Origin: Styela clava
Taxonomy: Eukaryota
DNA: 64,000 bases
Direction: 5' to 3'
Assembly: GCF_964204865.1 (NCBI RefSeq)
Contig: NC_135256.1
Coordinates: 6,944,001 to 7,008,000, forward strand
The notes beneath the pieces were generated by a model that made no database searches, had not been told where the DNA came from, and saw only the letters and a list, made by a program, of their open reading frames with translations. This document shows, in pieces, positions 42,890 to 55,300 of the stretch (the stretch's first letter is position 1; each line of letters starts with the position of its first letter). The position numbers and the translations under genes are program-made.

Positions 42890-45800
42890 TCACACTTGAG
42901 CACCTGATCCGGGAATTTTCATAATAACGGTCTTGACTTCTGTATATTGGCTCAAAACGTATTCACCATTTTCGCGACCGATTCCAGATTCTTTAAATCC
43001 TCCAAATGGATTCCCAGGACTGAGTACGAAATAACAATTCACCCTGATGAAAGATTAAATTACTTACACTTATAAAATATCACCAAGTATATTACGAAAG
43101 CAAATAACTAAAACTAGACGCGTTGTGTTTTTGAAATACTAGACAAGGAAATTGGGCCCTCCAGACGTATATGGAGATAACCAATATCGAGGTAACTATG
43201 TGTTTGTTCGCCTACTTCACATCAAGTTGTGTGAATGGACGGAAGCCTATGGGCAAAGGATATGTATATTCACTTGGCTAACATAGACAGTCCCCGAACT
43301 CGTAATAAAACTAAAATAAGGAAAATCGGAATAAAATTATGTTCTAACCCCACCTGTACACACACTACAAGAGTACCGAAATTTGTATGTATACCCATGC
43401 TGCAATACTAAAATTTCGTGAAAAGGTACGGTCCGAATTTTGTCTTCCTCGCTGAGTTACAACCCAAGGTCTCACAATAATCGCTGATAAATTTTGAAAC
43501 TTGAATGCTTGATTTTATCAGAATTTACTTACCACACAGTTCCTGCCCGTAGAGCGTTCGAAATTGCCATAACTTTATTTACATCATTTGTAATAACTCC
43601 AGCAACAAGTCCATATCTAGTATTATTTGCTCGCTCTATCACTTCATTCACATCTTTAAACTTATAAATTTGCTGAACAGGTCCGAAAATCTGCAGTACA
43701 AACATCTTACAAAGCCTAGGCATGCGGAAAAGGTGTTCCATGTGCATTCCTAATTTTAAATGTCATTAGCTTCTGTTGTATGTTATTTTAAAACGAGGAT
43801 TAATGTTTATAAAATGCACCCTGACCTCTTCTTTTGAAACCTTCATGTCATCACAAAGGCCAGTAAGCACAGTTGGTTCTATATAAAATCCCTTCTTTCC
43901 CTCCATCTTTTTTCCACCACACATAACTTTTGCACCTTCCTCGACACCGCTTTTTAAAAGTCCCAACACTCGGTCCTCTTGGATTTTACTGATCTGATCG
44001 AAGAATTGAAATTTGAAGATATTAAGTCAATTTGTTTTGAAATGACATTAGTCCTATCTTAAAGCCTTTCTCATATTCCATTTTATTCACCCACAGGAAG
44101 AATATAATTTATTACCAATGGTCCGATCTCCGTGCTGACGTCCTCAGGCTCTCCAATTTTCAATGATTTTGCTTTCTGAACGCTCTTTTTAACAAATTCT
44201 TCGTATATGTCTTCATGTACAAAAGTACGACTTCCAGCTAAACATGTTTGACCATTATGCACAAACATAGCATTGCTAGCGAGAGATACTGCTTCATCGA
44301 CTGCAAAAATAAAATGCTTTAGTTCATCTATAGTTATCTATTTTTGATATAAGAATAAAAGTTCAACCAGACAATCAGAAATTCAATGCATAAACTACAA
44401 CGCTTATGGTTTCAACCTGTATTTCAAAATATAGACAATAACAAACTAGGGTACTCTCTAATTATGTGCACTAAGATGGTGCACAGCCTGAAAAAATGGC
44501 TGTGAAAGATTAGGGTTCATGTTGTGCGCCATCTTGATGCACATACTTCCGGTGCTCCCAAACTAGAGTTTGCTAATATTGTTTTTAACTTTCTGACTAG
44601 CTCAAAGTCAGATTGTATTGTTTGATGTTTATAAAAGCCAAGTTTCAGTAGTAATAGCACGTATGTTTGAATCAAATATAATGAAACTCACTATCAACGT
44701 CAGAGAACACAATATTGGGACTTTTCCCTCCGAGTTCCAGAGAGACTCGTTTCAAATTGGAATCAGCTGAAGCTTTCTGAATCAAGCGTCCGGTCACTCC
44801 TGATCCAGTGAATGAAATTTTGTCGACTTCCATGTGATGTGATAAAGCGTGTCCAGCAGTTTTCCCAAATCCTACAAAACATCGGATTATATACCAGTAA
44901 GCTTTTAGCACGAGTTTATTTATTACATCCAGCGTGAGGTGAGGACATGTGATTTGATTCACCGGCTCTCCTTTTATTCGAGATAAATTGTATAAAATTT
45001 CTTGTAGCCTGCCTACTGGTTCAGTACATTCATCAGTGATTCAGTATTTTATCCGGAATGAAAATAACGATATTTTGATTAATAAATAGAGAGAAGGGGG
45101 AAGTATTTACTATGATATTGCACGTATCAAATTTCGATTATAAATGTCTGACCCAATTTTGGGCTTGTTGAAGCAGACGCACAGAATTGTTTGTTTTCAT
45201 CTTGGCACAAATTATACATATAAAATCTAACCTGGCACAACGTTCAAAACCCCTGGTGGAAATCCTGCTTCCTTTGCAAGAGATGCCAAGTATAAAGCAC
45301 TCAGAGGAGTGTTTTCCGATGGTTTCACAATTAAGACGTTCCCCATTGCCACACAGGGAGCAAATTTCATTGTAAACATTATTATTGGCACATTCCACTG
45401 TTTTGTATGAAAGCAAAATTACTGCAGTTTATTTTATTTTAAAAATCATTCTAAAATGTTACAATATTATTTATGAACAGTGGTAAGAATTAGGAAGTTT
45501 GCAAGGGTTCGCTCGTACCCGTTCTTGAAATATCGTGCTAATTAGCGACGCCGTTCCTGTTGTTTTAGACGTTGTACTACCTCAATAAATGGGTTACGGG
45601 CAGCAGCAGCAGACGGCTAGCGTTATATCTGGAGTTTCAAGAGGTATTTATTGAACGTATTAATGCAGCTAACGTACTATTAGTGTACATATATATATTT
45701 CCTTTCGTTATTGAGTTCGATACAAAAAAGAATCCGTTATTTTCAATTTCGAATCCCACCACTGTTTATGGAATATTCTAGCCAAGTCGAATAGTAGTGT

Positions 45801-48800
45801 AGACGAAGATTTAAAAATCAGGATATTTGCTATTGAATAATTTTACCCTCGATAGGTACTGATTTAACTTACCGGAAGTATTGCTCCACAGATTCCCACA
45901 GGTTCATGCTTGGTGTAACAAAAGTAGTCACCATCTGGAAAAGAATAGCTATAGCATTGATTGATTATGGTTTGACTCTATTCCGTACGAAATTTTATAA
46001 AATAGTCTCTGACGGAATAATTAATAAAATCAACGACCTCCAAATATATTCCCGAAAAAGGTCAGTTCATACTCCAAGCCTTCCTGTAGCAAAGTCGGCG
46101 CTCCCAAAGTTTGTGCACCGAGATCGCGCACGACCTGAACCCTAACCTGGTACAGATGCTATGTTCAGGCTGTGCGCCATCTTGGTGCACATACTTCTGG
46201 GGGTCCTCGAAGTCAATGTATCTTCGTGATTAGTCGACTTCAAGCAATTCGTGATTAGTTTGAGATGGGATAAGTTTATTCCACCAAATACCACACAGAA
46301 AATATTTTGAATACAATAAAGTATTTTGGTGAATCGGTGTATTATATATAGAACTAGAAGTAGTGCGGGGGTCTATGGAAGTGAGAAGCCCACTTTTGCC
46401 GCATAGGTTACAATGGCCTAAACCCAGCCCTTGCTAGATAATAATTAGATTAAAGATATGATCGATTATATACTATGAATACTTATTTTTATACTTTAAC
46501 TTGTGCTTTGTACATTCACTTACCGCCACGCTATTCTAAATGTTGACACCAGCATTTAGTGATAAGATGGCTGTTATTAGTGACTTCAAGTCATATTCGA
46601 CACTGGGGTTAAACTCTAACAAAACCAATTTAATTGTATTAGTAGATATATCAACACATAAGTTTATTTTACCGAATGGAATGGTTTTTCCGTGATACTT
46701 GTCCGCCCATCCAGCAAAATATCTGATAATAGATATGCTGTATGGTACATCGAATTTCAACAAAGAATCGTACAACTTTCCGTTATCAAAACATTCGAGA
46801 GACTAAAAACAATAATGAATAAACCCTTTAATCAACCCTGCACGTCTGAATAGCAAAATGTTTTTTTTCCTAAAGTATTGTATGCAAATTTTAAAGTCAC
46901 TTGTAGCATGTGTAATCTTCGATGAAAGTCTACCGCACAATTTTGTTGATACTTGGCATCACAGATTACACATCTCGGGTTCAAATTCCATGCCACCACC
47001 TCCACTATGGCGTAATAAATTGGGCATGCAATACCGAATCGGATGAATCCCGGTACTTCCAAATAACTTTCGGTACCATCCCCATGTAAAAATAAATTTC
47101 ATTTCCAGTAAATTTCTAATAACGTAAATTCGAAATATCTTGTTAAAACCAAATTATCCACTTGGGAACAACTTTTTGAATATATATATCATAATTGGAG
47201 TGAGTACGTGACCAGGAACACGATGACTTGTCAATGACAAGTTAATTGCTAGTAATGAACTTTAAGAAAACACTTTATTAATATTTGATTATAGTGAACC
47301 AAAAGATACCCAGAAACCGTAATGACGCGTTATTCTTTCATTATTAATGTAAAAATCTGTTTCTTTATTATACTTTAATTGCTCTGTAGAAAGCTATATA
47401 TTCAGCAATGTGTTTTGTGTTAATCAGACTAGATTTGATCTAATTAAGTGTGCATTATATTTCTGTATATATTGTCGGAATTGCAATAAACTCATAAGGT
47501 GTTTTCAAACGTCTCTTTACTACATCCGAAGGCTATCAGTTCGAGTTAACGAACGCAAGACAAAATTATTGTCAGTCAATGCTGGGGTTATAATACACAA
47601 ACCAGACCAATCTACAAACAATCTACGTGTGGTGATAACTAATCTTTACATATGTACCAGGTTAGGTAATCTCGCTATATGTGTACCAGGTTAATTAAGA
47701 TTAGGCCATGGGGACTGTCTGTGTTAGCCAAGTGAATATACACCCTACCCATAGGTTTCAGTCCCTTTACACGACTTGTTGTAAAGGAGGTGAACAAATT
47801 AGTTACCACCATATTGGTACATACACTTCTGGAGCGCCCGAATTTGTTTATATATATAGCAACATTGATCGCAATTTTAATTAACAATTCAGTTTACCGC
47901 AATATATTGTGCATCCCTTTTGATTAAATCTGCAAATCTGTTTAGCAGAACTCCTCGGTACGAAGCATCCATCTTGCGCCATGCAGCACCTGGCAAGAAT
48001 GCGGCTTTGGCTGCTTGAACTGCTGCATCTATGTCGGCCTATAAATGTATAAAATTACTTGAAATTAACCTGGAAATAAAAATCCCGTACTGATCATTCT
48101 GGTATTGCTCAGATTTGTATGATGGGAATATTACAAAGTCGTTATGAGCGTGCTTAAAATCAATAAAGCCATCAGTAAACTGTAATAAAACTGAATATTC
48201 CAGTTGGTATGGCTTCGTAAATATAAAAACTCGTCCACATGCGAAACTCAAAACGTGTCGTGGAGGCATGGTTGGATAAGAAGCTATAGTGTTTTCTAGA
48301 TTAGATATTTGGCGGATGATTTTGAAAACCACCCAATGCTTGGTTAGCCGTGTCTCGCACAAAACCTGTGGTGAATAGGAGATATTGGGTTCGACGACTT
48401 CCAAGTAAAGTACAGTTTTATATATGGATCGACCCAAGATAACAACATGTACTTCTATATCAGCCTCACCTCTTTTCCTTCTGCAACGTCAGCATTTTTT
48501 TCTTCTGTTGATGGATTGTAAGTAGCAAACGTCGAACCATCCTTAGAGTCAACCCATTCATTGTTGATGAATAACTGAAGAACAATTGGTAATGTAATAA
48601 AATGCAAATTGTTTAAATTCTTGAAACAACACAAAAGTGTTATTTTGTGCGTGTCAACAAGGCACTGTACTGTAGGTATTTGGGACCTCCTGGAGTATGC
48701 GCACCAAGATGGCGCGCAACCTGAACTGACGTTGTGTACCATGTTAGGGTTCAGGTTGTGCGACATCTTGGTGCGCATACTTCAGGAGTACCGTTATTTG

Positions 48801-48922
48801 ATTACTCATTGCTTGTAATAAATTGCCTTGATTTATCCGGGTAATAATTTTTAGAGAAAAATGTATTTTACCTTGGTGTATCTGATTTCTGGTTTTATCA
48901 ATGCTGGTGGAATCTTGTCCAT
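42890..48922 (-). CDS. ALDH1A: Cytosolic ALDH1A-like aldehyde dehydrogenase, paralogue C (499 aa)
   Basis: Exons (5'->3' on -): 48922-48872, 48574-48470, 48038-47898, 46802-46673, 45934-45873, 45397-45232, 44871-44692, 44300-44116, 43993-43826, 43690-43533, 43043-42890 (TGA). [17 protein letters not shown] start, [15 protein letters not shown], ends KIPGSGAQV. Confidence 0.95.
43155..43377 (-). mobile_element. MITE family B in ALDH-C intron 10
   Basis: Reverse-complement copy (tatattcacttggctaac...agtccccgaactcgtaata...gagtacc). Confidence 0.8.
44450..44558. mobile_element. Short palindromic MITE family C
   Basis: Perfect 8-bp TSD caaactag (44442-44449, 44559-44566). Confidence 0.85.
46097..46206. 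mobile_element. Short palindromic MITE family C
   Basis: tgtgcaccgagat..cctgaac / gttcagg..atcttggtgcaca arms; degenerate 8-bp flanks gcaaagtc / tcgaagtc. Confidence 0.75.
47665..47838 (+). mobile_element. Internally deleted MITE family B
   Basis: ggggactgtctgtgttagccaagtgaatatac...ttctggagcgcc. Confidence 0.75.
48683..48792. mobile_element. Short palindromic MITE family C in ALDH-C intron 1
   Basis: agtatgcgcaccaagatg / catcttggtgcgcatact; flanks ggtatttg / gttatttg. Confidence 0.85.
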
Positions 48923-49897
48923 GCTTAATATACAATTTTTGTTGACTACACTCTAAATTTGTTTGAACTCCGATTTAAAAAATCGAATGGCAAAAATTCC
49001 TCGGCATCAAACTTCATTAAATATGAAAGCGAAGTCCAGCAAATGGCTTATCTTTTACGTATGCAGTTGCTTCCACGTCACTTATTTCAGTTTTACTGTG
49101 GCTTATGTGAACAGTGTATTGCTATATGCTAGCTACATTCTATTTTACAATCTATCCTCAACTTTTACATGGGTTTTTAATATCGTGAATTATCATCATA
49201 TGATGATAATCATATCTTTTTATGGCGATCTCTAATACTGCCAAATAACATACAAATAGACGACGAATACCTAAACTGCAGCTATTTATAATTTCCATAT
49301 TTTCAGCCCCTTGAATAATAGTTCATATTATTCAATTTTGAAGCAATGCAGCTCGCATTCCGGAACGAGATGGAAAAACAAATATTCGGTATTCACGTGT
49401 CAACAAATTTAACGCTCTAATAGTCACTGTACAGTAGCAAATAAAATATCTATTGGGTTGTGTTTCAACATCGTTGAGTATTCGCTTCGTCGCACACATG
49501 GTGGGGTTGCCTAATTCTTTCCTATAAAGACATAATGATATTATATTTACATTTGGTGTTAAGAAAAGTTTTCCGGTGGCAGCAATCGACACGTAATCAG
49601 TATTAGGGCATTTGCTATTATTATTGCATGTATTTTCAAATGAATATATTATTGAAACTGATCCAACGTGTTTGGTGTAGACTTGTCACGACTGCTTTTG
49701 ACCGCGTGCTATATTCGGAGGAAAAATAATGGCGACGGACTCAGTAAAAGGCACATGAATAAATCTGTGTTATGAAACAATAGCGACGACGCGATCAAAA
49801 ATAGTCAATCGTTACAAAACAAACGAATGTTTTGCGTAAAAGTAATATGCAAATATAAATCATGTAATACTATTGTCAGTATGTAAGGTTTTTCAAG

Positions 49898-50150
49898 TTT
49901 TTGGACACGTAGTGGACATAACGATCGTTTCAATATTATGTTGTTGTTGTTCTTGTTCTTGTTCTTTGACACGTTTTTAAAAAGTCGCTTTTCTCTTCGA
50001 ATACTGGACCAATTGCTTCGAAATTTCCAGTGGTTGAAGAAAATTTTTTTCTCCAGAAGGCTATTACTTTTTTTTCGCTATGACGTCATCAAAATTATTG
50101 CCATTGGGTGGCGCTACGTGTCCATATATTTGAGCATAGCTCTCTTGTTT
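49898..50150 (-). mobile_element. Second Helentron-like/dispersed repeat family (degenerate relatives at about 6640-6950 and 15100-15440)
   Basis: Shared aatcgctttt...ggaccaatt...aaattt(t/c)cagtggttga core; ends ctctcttgtt. Confidence 0.45.
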
Positions 50151-50267
50151 ATTATGTCTATCTTCTTAAAAAATGCTCAATGTAGCCAATACGTCTGCGG
50201 ACCCCCCAGGGCTCTTTGCGGACTTATTTGAGTCCGTGTCGTCGGGGTGGGTAACACTACTATGAGG

Positions 50268-50471
50268 CAGTGGTTCTCAACCTTTTTTCAAGCGACACAA
50301 ATTAAAAAAAAAAAAAAACTTGAGCAAAATCGAGTTTTACACTGTGATACTTCCCTCAATATTGCGCAACACTTCATTATCAAATGAAAATCAAATAAAA
50401 AAGTTTTATATAAATTGAGATAAATAAATACCATATTTTGAAAAACAAGCGACCCAATTTTGGAAGCACTG
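50268..50471. mobile_element. hAT (Charlie-type) MITE
   Basis: cagtggttctcaa ... ttggaagcactg termini. Confidence 0.65.
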
Positions 50472-50670
50472 CTGTGGAGCATAGTTAGACACACTATAGG
50501 AACACAGTATCATAACAGAGAGAAACCTTTAGCCCTTATTAATTTTTTTTTTTTGAGGGATTATGTTTTAAAACAATATAGCATAGCAAATCCAGCAACT
50601 TCTTCAGCCTTCGATCAAGTTTTACAGTAACAACTTTGTGTGGTGAAATCATTCCACGATATCAAAAATT

Positions 50671-50780
50671 GGTACTTCTGAAGTATGCGCACCAAGATTT
50701 CGCAAAACCTGAACACTAATCTGGTACACAATCTGAGTTCAGGAGGTGCGCCATCTTGGTGCGCATACTTCAGAAAGTCC
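50671..50780. mobile_element. Short palindromic MITE family C
   Basis: Perfect 8-bp TSD caaaaatt (50663-50670, 50781-50788). Confidence 0.85.
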
Positions 50781-52343
50781 CAAAAATTAATGAAAAAAAA
50801 ATTTTTTCCTACATGGAAAAAATAACCCTGCAGAAAATGGGAAAATTATATCACCGGAAAAATATTAATTTTGGTGGAATATTTCCGTCTTCCTAACCCA
50901 ATATATTTACACTAACCGGTTTCCTAGACAAAACGCGTATTCCTAGAGTTTTGAAGCCTGGGCGCTGTTGACTTCCCAGTATGTCCAGTAGTCCAAATGA
51001 CTCCTCGAAACTTTTATTTACAATATCACCTGACATAGTTGGATAAAGATTGTGTATACATTCTTTTTTTGCAATCCATCTGTGTTTATATACTGTGTAA
51101 GATTAATTAGGTTCGTCATGTTTATCAGTACAGAAGCCCAAAATGTATACTTTACACCTCTGCGGAGTGGCTTCAACGAGTGCCTAAAATCAACAACGGG
51201 AAACTGTTGTGAACCAACTTTTGACATGGCTATATCTAACTTATGTTGTCGTTGGTCGGGGTCTCAGCGTTACCTTTTTAATTGTTAGATTGATTAGCTC
51301 AGTTTATTCCAGTATTCCCATTCTTACCGAATCATATATATATAGATATATTCACGCTTTGGAAAATTATTAATTGAGTTTCAGTACACGCTTATGCAAA
51401 TTATAGATCCCGATATGTCTAACACGTGGTTTTACTGTTTATAGTCAGGCTCTGTTCGTTTAAACGTTAAGGCCTCGAGCGTGTAAACTTTGAAGCGGAT
51501 TTGCTAATGTTGAAATTAATAAAGTCTGTCATACCTGGTTGCAATACTTTTAGGAAAATTACGCTTAATTATGCGCGATAGCAACACAAAGCATTTAATA
51601 TTAATTTCACAACGAAGGATTAATTTGTGTTCACACAAACCACGAGCGTAAAAAGTAGAAAAAAATCTAGGTTTCAAATATCTTGTATTCACGTATGTTA
51701 CTTTAAATTATTACTGATGTCAACAGGAGTACAGAAGGTTTTATTTTAGACTGGGAACATATTTATGATATTTGGCTTTTTCAGTAGTCAGTTAGTTTGA
51801 TTGAAGTCAAATTGGAAAACTTGCATAAAATAATCAGCAGCAAAGAAATCAGATGCAAAAACAATTGTTGGAAGGACAGATATTTCAGTTCAGAAAACAT
51901 GCAATATAATACCGTTCTAATTACATTATATAACACCAAAACGTAACTGCAATATATATTTTATGCAGGCAGGCTTTTGTGTCAATTTTCAAAGATGACC
52001 GCAGTTTGTTCAGCAGTACATTTAGAGCGTTACAAGTCCACCGAAATTTTGAAAAAGTGAGCATAAATGCATGTATGCATAAATTGATTGGTGGACGTAA
52101 AATGGGCAAAGCATCACACAAAGCCCTTGATTTGTTTTCTCAAATATTTATATTTTATTCTACCATAGATGAATATGGTAGAAAAATATTCATATAAATA
52201 TTTAATATAAAAAATAGATTGGTTGTATTAAGTAATTACTTAAAAAAGCTTGCTGCAGGTCTACTATTTTGAAGTTTAATTCCTGCTGTTCTCTGAATTT
52301 TGCAGTCAAACGTCAAACATAACAAATAGCTAAAACTAGTAAA

Positions 52344-55300
52344 ATGACATCAGTTCCTCCAGCACCAGCTAACCCGGAAATTAAATATACAAAGGTATTT
52401 AAATGTTTAACTGATGTTGAATACATGCTGAAATAATTCCCGGCACTTGTGCTTGTAAATAAAAGTTAGTGTGTATCGGAATATTCTTTATTACGCATTT
52501 TTAGAGGCTGATTTTTTAATTTACGAGATGTTCTAGAAAATCGCAATATAATGGTATAAAACCCATCTGGATCCTGCTCCTTGATCCTTGTATAATATCA
52601 TACCGATCCACCATACGGAAGCATAGTACGCCTATAGTTGCAGTGAAAATGGTAATCCCAAGCAATATTTATGAAGTGGGTTAAGTATTTTCACAAATTT
52701 ACGGGACCACGTTTTATATTTGATCTCTTTCAAATATCAGTTGTTCATCAACAACGAATGGGTTGATGCAAAAGATGGATCAACATTTGCAACAATAAAT
52801 CCGGCAACTGAAGAAAAAATTGCTGATATTGCGGAAGCGAAAGAAGTGAGTAAGGCCTTTAGGCATAGTCAAAAGTACTACAAAGATTAATATTTCATAA
52901 TATTTCGCTGCGACGATTACTTGATCTAATTAACAAAAACATATAGAAAAACAATATATTTTAAAGAATGTTAAGATAATGATAAGAAACACGTACGTGT
53001 TGCCGTCGTCTATCGCAGCTACTCCGACTAAACTAAAATTCATTGGAAAGGAAAACTAACCTGCGTATTTTAATTTATTCCTAATTTTCTTGAATACATT
53101 TAAAACTGACCACGAAAACCATGTTATGTTAAATTTCGATGGTTATGTCATTGTTTACACATTGTTTATTAGCCAATGTTACGGAAGTAGACAAAGAAGT
53201 CGGTACTCGGGGAAACATCCTTTTGTTATTCGCCGATACCAATACGTAGATTTACGAGGTGAGGGTGTTCTGCACGCTCAGAGTGATCTCCAAAGCCGTT
53301 ATGTTTCAGGCTGATGTTGACGCCGCGGTCGCAGCTGCCCAAGCAGCGTTTGCACACGGTTCTGAATGGAGAAGAACAGATCCGTCTATGAGAGGCATTT
53401 TACTCAACAAATTTGCAGATTTGATTGAAAGAGACTTGCAGTATTTGGCGGTAAGCTTTTCTGTAAATCTTATAAGAAGTAAGGTAGAACTAAACGTTTT
53501 CACACAATAAACGGAAAGTTCAGACAGAAAGCACCGGAAGCAATTACATAATTGACGATTCATTCATGTTACTGACACACTCGCCACTCACACCAATTTG
53601 AATTCTTTTATTGCACTTTCAGTTACGCGTTTGCATATTTAAAAAAGTATAGGATAATATTGAAATTACAATTATCTAATTTGACTACCGTGACAATTAT
53701 TATTTTCAGGTTCTTGAATCACTGGACAACGGCAGAATATATGCGGATACATATTTGTATGATATTCCTGGTTCAATAAAAGTTCTTCGATATTTTGCTG
53801 GATTTGCCGACAAATATCACGGAAAGACAATTCCGTTTGGTACTATAAATCTATTTCTTCGTATATTGCCATATATAGCTTTGTTTTGTTCGAAATTCTG
53901 CAATGGTTCCTCTATAACAGGGATGGCGAATCACTGACCCGCGGGTCACAAAGTGTCTCACTGCGTTTTATTTGTGACCCGCCAAGCGAAGGCACGGATA
54001 AAATAAAAAAAAATGCTAACATATCAGTGATAAAAATTGATAAAACCGGCCTTAAATTAATCTAACAATCAATAACTAAACTATTATAATGTACCGTCAG
54101 TTGGACAGTCAGGAAGGGCTGCGATCGCTCATGTTCAAAATGTTGATTATCGGGCCGGTATGGTAATTTTCAAAACCCCTAATCTTGTAGGGGAAAGTGG
54201 GGTACGTTGGGACATGGGGCACAGTGGAAAATCAGCCATCACACTGATACTATATCCGCAATCCTGTCCGCGGCTTGATGTTCCAATCCGCCCTTCGGTG
54301 AGTTACAACGTCCCCGCGAACGGACAACGGACGGGTAGAGCGGCGCAAGCTATGGGGTGAAATTGGTTTTGGGAGGTTGAAAAAAAAAATTCACCGTTCC
54401 AGTTTTTTCTTTTTTTTAGTTTAGCCTTTCCAACGAGACAAACCATCGTCTGATATTCTTTAGCGTCAGTCCACTGTAAAATATTCCTAACGTTAGCGAT
54501 TGGCTGTGCCTTCCGAATTTTGCCGTGGGATGGTCTGAAAGTATTTGTTTTCTTTGGGGAACAATGGACCGGGGTTCAGTGGGACATGCTCTACAGGGCA
54601 CAATTCGACAGTGTTTGATACAATAATTGCTTAGAGACTTAGAGATGCGTTATATTTTGTGTAATATAATGGTTTCTTTCGACCCATGGCCCAATATGGA
54701 ATATATTCGAGAATCAATAATATTTCCAGATTTAGATTCGAGGAAGGAAATAATCAAATTTTTTTGCAAACTTTTCCCCACTTTCCCCTACGCATGTATG
54801 CACCGCTGTGTACCGTTATTCAGCTATTGGGCCTGACATCGTTTATGACATAACAATGCAATTGATCTGTTCATTTCTCGCAACGCCTGTTTTTTTTGGA
54901 AGTGCATCTGCAGACTGTTTTAGGGGTTATACGAGAACTAGAAGCTACTTTGCATTTTATTAGTTTCTCGTCTACAATGCCGTTGTGAAAATAAAAACTT
55001 TCAGACTTGAAATAAAAATCTAGAAATCTGATATAACAATGGGGCAGTGTAAAAGTGGCTTAATGTGGTTGAAAGCTGATCGAAAATTATAACACTATCA
55101 AAGCGGAATTACCTCCAAACACTAGAACCGTAAAATAATTTAACGCATCATCCTAAACGTTTTTGGTAATTCATGTGCGTGTTTTCGTACTCTAATATCA
55201 TAAAACCGAGTGTCATGAAAAGTCCCCGATAGAAGTGCTGCATAAGTAAAGCCCAAAACTACATCAACACCAGCTTATAAGATTTGTTTCAGAAGTTTCT

